DNA from: Chlamydiales bacterium
GTDB lineage: Bacteria > Chlamydiota > Chlamydiia > Chlamydiales > JAAKFR01
Assembly (NCBI GenBank): GCA_041395025.1
Contig: JAWLBH010000001.1
Location: 930,001-962,000 of the forward strand
Length of the DNA stretch: 32,000 nucleotides
Direction of reading: 5' to 3'
Shown here: in pieces, positions 27,177 through 32,000 of the stretch
How the letters are laid out: each line of letters begins with the position of its first letter
How positions within the stretch are numbered: the first letter of the stretch is position 1
The notes under the pieces: generated by a model
Told to the model about the DNA's origin: nothing
Databases searched by the model: none
Seen by the model: only the letters and a program-made list of their open reading frames with translations
Position numbers and translations under genes: made by a program

Positions 27177-27647
27177 TTAGCGTATTACAGACTCTCCAAG
27201 AAATTCACTTTGGTTATGAGAGGGATAAGGTGCAATGATTTCATTTTTGGGAATAGTAGGTTCAAGTTGTTGATAAAGGGTTTTTAGTTCAGAGATCCAA
27301 TAAGAAATTTGTTCAGAAATTTCCGCATCAGGTTTAATGATAGGATGAGATGTATTTTTATGAGGAGTCCAAAAAATACTTAAAGTAAAACCCGCACATC
27401 CCCCAAACAAGATGCCTATCACTACCCAACTCAAGATAGAAAAGCGTTTTTTCTTTTTCTCTTTTTCTAGAGGTAAGGAGGAGAAAGGAGGAGGAGAGTC
27501 TGTTAATTCAAAAATTTCCTTAACAATATGGTCAAGAGAAGGTGTTTCTGGTAAAGGTTCTTTTGAAATGATCGGTGTTAAAACTCCTAATTCCTCTAAA
27601 AGAGAGTTTAACTGATCATCAGCAAGTTCCTGATTTGCTTCTGACAT
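27177..27647 (-). CDS. Hypothetical single-pass membrane protein
   Basis: 156-aa ORF with an acidic Pro-rich N-terminal half, a KEKKKKR stop-transfer-like patch, one TM helix (FSILSWVVIGILFGGCAGFTLSIFW) and a C-terminal ~60 aa. No recognisable family. Confidence 0.65.
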   Translation of the reverse strand: MSEANQELADDQLNSLLEELGVLTPIISKEPLPETPSLDHIVKEIFELTDSPPPFSSLPLEKEKKKKRFSILSWVVIGILFGGCAGFTLSIFWTPHKNTSHPIIKPDAEISEQISYWISELKTLYQQLEPTIPKNEIIAPYPSHNQSEFLGESVIR

Positions 27648-27767
27648 GTTTTTTTTCTAACACATAAATTTATCTAAGTCAATTAGACGAAGATTTTAAT
27701 CTTTTTATTCGTAGTTAGGTTATTTTAAATAATGAAATTTTAATTTACATTCAGCAGTCAAAAAATC

Positions 27768-27796
27768 GTGACATTTTGACTATTTCTTGTTAGAAT
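27768..27796 (+). promoter_or_regulatory. Candidate promoter for uhpC, overlapped by an 8-bp inverted repeat
   Basis: GTGACA (27768-27773), a 17-nt spacer, then TAGAAT (27791-27796), 48 nt upstream of the uhpC ATG. The inverted repeat AGTCAAAA (27756-27763) / TTTTGACT (27774-27781) spans the -35 element. Consensus match only. Confidence 0.3.
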
Positions 27797-27843
27797 TAAG
27801 GCTTTTTCTGTTCATTAAATTAATAGTTTGTTGAGAAAAGAGA

Positions 27844-29238
27844 ATGAATACTGTCTTGAATTTCTTAAGACCTGCAGAACACATTGAGGAAATTGATGAT
27901 CCAAGGATTGTAAAGAAAGAATATCGTTATTGGCGTTTCCGGATTTTTTATGCGATGTTTACGGGATACATTTTTTACTATTTTACCCGAAAAAGTTTTA
28001 CTTTTGCCATGCCTGCTTTAATGCATGATCTTGGTTTTAATAAGGCACAACTTGGTGTATTAGGAAGTGCTCTTTACATCACTTATGGACTCAGTAAATT
28101 TGCTAGTGGAGTGATGTCTGATCAGTCGAATCCTCGCTATTTTATGGCATTTGGTTTAATTATCACAGGGATGACAAGTATTTTTTTTGGATTCTCTTCT
28201 TCTTTAATTTTATTTGCTATTTTTCAGGGAATCAATGGTTGGTTTCAGGGATGGGGATGGCCTCCATGTGCCCGTTTGCTTACTCACTGGTACTCTCAAT
28301 CTGAAAGAGGAATGTGGTGGAGTATTTGGAGTACTTCTCATAACGTGGGAGGATTTTTGATTCCTATTATTGCGGGGGCCTGTACTCAGTATTTTGGATG
28401 GCGTTATGCGATGTTTATTCCTGGCATTCTTTGTATTTTTATGGGCTTTGTTCTAATCAACCGATTACGTGATACTCCCCAGTCTCTTGGTTTGCCCACC
28501 ATTGAGAAATATCGTCAAGATTATCCTAGTCCAGAAAAACTCTATGAGAAATCGGAAAAAGAACTCTCGACAAAGGAAATTTTACTTAACTATGTTCTGA
28601 CAAACAAGTGGATCTGGATCCTCGCAATTGCTTCTTTTTTTGTATACGTCATTCGCATGGCAATTAATGATTGGAGTGCTCTTTATCTTATTGAAACTAA
28701 GGGTTATTCTATGATAAAAGCCAATGGATGCGTTTCACTTTTTGAAATTGGCGGTCTTTTTGGAATGTTGATTGCTGGCTGGTTATCAGATAAATTATCC
28801 ACTGGCCGTCGTGGTCCAATGAATGTTCTTTTTTCTCTTGGTATGATTGGTTCTATTTTAGTCCTTTGGTTGTTTCCTGAAGCAAATGGCTGGTTATGTT
28901 CAGTAGTTCTTTTTATGATTGGGTTTTTTTTATTTGGTCCTCAGATGTTAATTGGTCTAGCTGCAGCAGAGCTATCTCATAAGAAAGCTGCTGGTACTGC
29001 AAGTGGTTTTGCTGGTTGGTTTGCCTATTTTGGTGCTGCAGTTGCCGGATATCCTCTTGGAAAAATTGCTCAAGAATTCGGTTGGTTAGGTTATTTTTTG
29101 ATTCTAATTATTTGTGGGATTGTGACCGTTCTTCTTTTTTTACCCATGTGGAATGCCCAACCTCAATCTAGAAATAATGAGCAAAAAGAAATGGAATTTT
29201 CTCTTTCTCAAGATCAAATTAAACCGACTAAATCTTAA
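27844..29238 (+). CDS. uhpC: Hexose-phosphate transporter UhpC (MFS organophosphate:Pi antiporter family)
   Basis: 464 aa, 12-TM MFS protein. The N-terminal YRYWRFRIFYAMFTGYIFYYFTRKSFTFAMPAL is typical of the UhpC/UhpT/GlpT family. It lies immediately upstream of dnaE, which I recall is also the arrangement in Chlamydia. Confidence 0.92.
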   Translation: MNTVLNFLRPAEHIEEIDDPRIVKKEYRYWRFRIFYAMFTGYIFYYFTRKSFTFAMPALMHDLGFNKAQLGVLGSALYITYGLSKFASGVMSDQSNPRYFMAFGLIITGMTSIFFGFSSSLILFAIFQGINGWFQGWGWPPCARLLTHWYSQSERGMWWSIWSTSHNVGGFLIPIIAGACTQYFGWRYAMFIPGILCIFMGFVLINRLRDTPQSLGLPTIEKYRQDYPSPEKLYEKSEKELSTKEILLNYVLTNKWIWILAIASFFVYVIRMAINDWSALYLIETKGYSMIKANGCVSLFEIGGLFGMLIAGWLSDKLSTGRRGPMNVLFSLGMIGSILVLWLFPEANGWLCSVVLFMIGFFLFGPQMLIGLAAAELSHKKAAGTASGFAGWFAYFGAAVAGYPLGKIAQEFGWLGYFLILIICGIVTVLLFLPMWNAQPQSRNNEQKEMEFSLSQDQIKPTKS

Positions 29239-29258
29239 AATGTTGCATTTTTATTTTT
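29237..29258 (+). terminator. Weak terminator-like hairpin overlapping the uhpC stop codon
   Basis: AAAATG (29237-29242), loop TTG, CATTTT (29246-29251), followed by TATTTTT. The stem is AT-rich and the loop short, so support is low. Confidence 0.25.
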
Positions 29259-29417
29259 CGATTAGAAGATAGCATAAGAAATTACTCCAAGAGGGTTTCA
29301 TGAGTTATCTGCTATCGTGAAAATGAACCAATCACTCGGAGTTACCTTGTTAAAAACAATAACCTAAGGAGAGTAATATTTCCCTTTAAAATCAAATAGG
29401 GTAGAATTTTTTCTCTT

Positions 29418-32000
29418 ATGTGGTTTTCTCTTCATCAACACTCTCAATATTCGATTTTAGAGGCGTCATCTTCTGTCGAGGGGATCGCACAAAAAGCAGC
29501 GGAAATGGGGATGCAAGCGACCGCTCTTACTGATCATGGAAATATGCATGGAGTGATTGATTTTTATCAAACATGCAAGAAGTATGACGTGAAACCAATC
29601 GTTGGGTGTGAGGTTTATGTTGCCCCAACTTCTCGTTTTGAAAAAAAGAAAATTAGTGGGAAAACTGCTTTCCATTTAGTTTTATTAGCAAAAAATACGC
29701 AAGGTTATCGCAACTTATGCCACCTTTCTTCAAAAGGGTATCTTGAAGGGTTTTATTACCATCCAAGGATTGATAAAGAACTTCTTCAAGAGTATGCGGA
29801 AGGTCTGATTTGTCTCTCTTCTTCTCTTGCAGGTCAAGTTGCAGATCTTGCACTTTATGGGACAGAAGAAGCATTTTATCAAGAAATACTCTGGTATCAG
29901 AAAATTTTTGGTGAGGATTATTATCTTGAATTGCAGCGTCACCAAATGGTTGAAGAGAAGATTGTCGCTATCTCTTCAGAAGCTTGGTTGGAACAACAAT
30001 ATCGAAATTTTATTCAGAATCAGCAAAAAGTGAATGCAATGATGGTAGCTGCCAGTAAGAAACTAGGTATTCCTCTTGTTGCAACAAATGATACTCACTA
30101 TCTTGAGGCAGATGATTGGCAAGCCCACGAAATCTTAATCAATATTCAGTCAGGGGAACCAGTCGAAATTTGGGAAAAAGATAGCTTTAATAACCCGACA
30201 TTTCGTGTTCCAAATCCAAAAAGGCGAGTCTATTCTAGCCATGAGTTTTATTTTAAATCTCAGGAAGAGATGGTAGCTCTTTTTTTCGATCTTCCAGAAG
30301 CCATTTCAAATACACTAAAGATTGCGGAAAAATGTCAACTTGAACTGGACTTTTCTACTAAGCACTATCCTGTCTTTTCCTGTAAACCAGGATATACAAA
30401 GGAAACATTTTTACGCCATTTATGTGAAGAGGGAATTAAGAAACGCTATCCCCCTGAAAGACTCCAAAAAGTTGCAGAAAAGTACCCTGAAAAAGATCCA
30501 ATGGATGTTGTTCATGAACGTCTCAAACTCGAAATGGAAATTATCTATGCTAAGGGGATGAGCGATTATTTATTGATTGTTTGGGATTTCATCAACTGGG
30601 CTAAGAAAGAAGGAATTCCAGTGGGTCCAGGAAGAGGCTCTGGGGTCGGTTCAATCATTCTATATTTAATAGAAATTACGGATATAGAACCCTTAAGATT
30701 TCATCTTTTTTTTGAGCGTTTTATCAATCCTGAGCGTCTTTTTTATCCTGATATTGATGTCGATATTTGTATGGATCGAAGAGCTCAAGTCATTGACTAT
30801 ACAGTAGCAAAGTATGGCAGGGAAAATGTAGCTCAGATTGTGACTTTTGGAACTATGAAGGCAAAGATGACGATCAAAGATGTCGGAAGAGTTTTATCAG
30901 TTCCCCTTTCGAAAGTGAACCAGATTGCAAAATATATTCCAGATGATTTGAATATGACGCTTGAGAAAGCTTTAGAAATTGATCCTGATCTCTATCAAAT
31001 GTATTTGGAAGATAGTGATGCAAAAAAAATTATTGATTTGGGGAAAAAACTTGAAGGATCGATTCGTAATACTGGAATTCACGCTGCAGGTCTAATTATT
31101 TCAGGCTCTCCTCTAACTGAAAATATTCCAATTTGTCGTCCAAAAGAATCTGATATGATTACAACACAATTTTCTATGAAGCCGGTTGAAGCGGTGGGAA
31201 TGTTGAAAATTGATTTTTTAGGATTGAAGACTTTAACAAGCATTCAAATTGCCTGTGATGCAGTTGCGATGAACACTGGGAAAAAGCTTGATTGGCAGAA
31301 TCTTCCGCTTGATGATGAAAAAACATTTCATCTGTTGCAGCAAGGCAAGACATTGGGTGTGTTTCAAATGGAATCAGGTGGTATGCAAGAACTTGCTCGC
31401 CAGCTACTACCTGATAAATTTGAAGAAATTATTGCGATTGGTTCTCTTTACCGCCCTGGTCCAATGGATATGATCCCATCTTTTATTCATCGAAAACATG
31501 GACGTGAAAAAATTGAATATGATCATCCTTTGCTTAAACCTATTCTTGAAGAGACATATGGGATTATGGTGTATCAGGAGCAGGTCATGCAGATTGCTCA
31601 GAAACTTGCCAATTACTCTTTAGGTGAAGGCGATGTATTGCGTCGAGCCATGGGGAAGAAAGATCGTGAACAGATGGAGCAAGAGAGAGAAAAATTTCGT
31701 CAGGGAGCGATAAAAAATGGTCTTCATGAAGAAGTCGCAGCCGCGATTTTTGATAAGATAGAAAAATTTGCTTCTTACGGTTTTAATAAATCCCATGCAG
31801 CAGCTTATGGGTTTCTTACTTATATAACAGCCTATCTTAAAGCGAACTACCCAGGCATTTGGATGGCAGCACTTATGACATGTGATCGTGATGATATCTC
31901 TAAAGTTGCTAAGTTTATTCGTGAGCTGCGTTCAATGAATATTGATATTCTTTCTCCTGACATCAATGAGTCAGGTAAAGCGTTTGTTATGACAGAAAAA
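29418..32000 (+). CDS. dnaE: DNA polymerase III alpha subunit DnaE (5' part, runs off the window end)
   Basis: Hand translation from ATG 29418 stays open for 861 codons to the window edge. It starts with a PHP domain (MWFSLHQHSQYSILEASSSVEGIAQKAAEMGMQATALTDHGNMHG) and contains GPGRGSGVGSIILY, MPDIDVD-like YPDIDVDIC, IHAAG, FNKSHAAAYG. It is absent from the ORF track only because there is no stop in the window. An in-frame TAG at 29397 fixes the start. Confidence 0.97.
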   Translation, partial: MWFSLHQHSQYSILEASSSVEGIAQKAAEMGMQATALTDHGNMHGVIDFYQTCKKYDVKPIVGCEVYVAPTSRFEKKKISGKTAFHLVLLAKNTQGYRNLCHLSSKGYLEGFYYHPRIDKELLQEYAEGLICLSSSLAGQVADLALYGTEEAFYQEILWYQKIFGEDYYLELQRHQMVEEKIVAISSEAWLEQQYRNFIQNQQKVNAMMVAASKKLGIPLVATNDTHYLEADDWQAHEILINIQSGEPVEIWEKDSFNNPTFRVPNPKRRVYSSHEFYFKSQEEMVALFFDLPEAISNTLKIAEKCQLELDFSTKHYPVFSCKPGYTKETFLRHLCEEGIKKRYPPERLQKVAEKYPEKDPMDVVHERLKLEMEIIYAKGMSDYLLIVWDFINWAKKEGIPVGPGRGSGVGSIILYLIEITDIEPLRFHLFFERFINPERLFYPDIDVDICMDRRAQVIDYTVAKYGRENVAQIVTFGTMKAKMTIKDVGRVLSVPLSKVNQIAKYIPDDLNMTLEKALEIDPDLYQMYLEDSDAKKIIDLGKKLEGSIRNTGIHAAGLIISGSPLTENIPICRPKESDMITTQFSMKPVEAVGMLKIDFLGLKTLTSIQIACDAVAMNTGKKLDWQNLPLDDEKTFHLLQQGKTLGVFQMESGGMQELARQLLPDKFEEIIAIGSLYRPGPMDMIPSFIHRKHGREKIEYDHPLLKPILEETYGIMVYQEQVMQIAQKLANYSLGEGDVLRRAMGKKDREQMEQEREKFRQGAIKNGLHEEVAAAIFDKIEKFASYGFNKSHAAAYGFLTYITAYLKANYPGIWMAALMTCDRDDISKVAKFIRELRSMNIDILSPDINESGKAFVMTEK

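Noticed and set aside
29239-29417. Imperfect extended hairpin (GATAGCA...TGCTATC with an inner ACTC/GAGT stem) and an orphan TAAGGAGAG about 50 nt upstream of dnaE. I considered an sRNA, a leader peptide, or an alternative dnaE start.
   Set aside because: An in-frame TAG at 29397 excludes an upstream dnaE start. The only small ORFs here (6 and 14 codons) lack an SD. The hairpin is interrupted and not followed by a T-tract. I cannot call an RNA element without covariation data.

Overview
AT-rich, very tightly packed chromosomal segment with many overlapping stop/start junctions. It looks like core genome of an environmental member of the phylum Chlamydiae (Parachlamydiaceae-like); this assignment is inferred from gene content, not from a search. 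It combines the obligate-intracellular hallmark transporters (an ATP/ADP-translocase-family NTT and a UhpC hexose-phosphate transporter), a Mip-type FKBP, and gene neighbourhoods I recall from Chlamydia: lplA-mnmG-dnaB, rho-coaE-polA-sppA, and trxA...mip-aspS-hisS/uhpC-dnaE. I can support 30 protein genes from the ORF track, one tRNA-Ser(GCU), one un-called 29-codon ORF, and a 3'-truncated dnaE that the track misses because it has no stop in the window. For coaE, dedA, ntt and mip I prefer a downstream ATG over the TTG start used by the track. I see no mobile element, CRISPR array, restriction/defence genes, toxin-antitoxin pair or secretion cluster, so I do not think this window holds a multi-gene novel system. 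Most worth a second look: (1) a Lys/Arg-rich micro-ORF between dnaB and mnmG that resembles ribosomal protein bS22/mS38 and seems translationally coupled to mnmG; (2) a DUF4116-like tandem-repeat protein next to the tRNA, the only clearly accessory gene, carrying a perfect 73-bp internal DNA repeat; (3) two lineage-restricted proteins of unknown function (239 aa and 156 aa); (4) a PLP-synthase pair (pdxS/pdxT) fused into a housekeeping operon. All family names come from motif recognition by eye and need profile searches to confirm.
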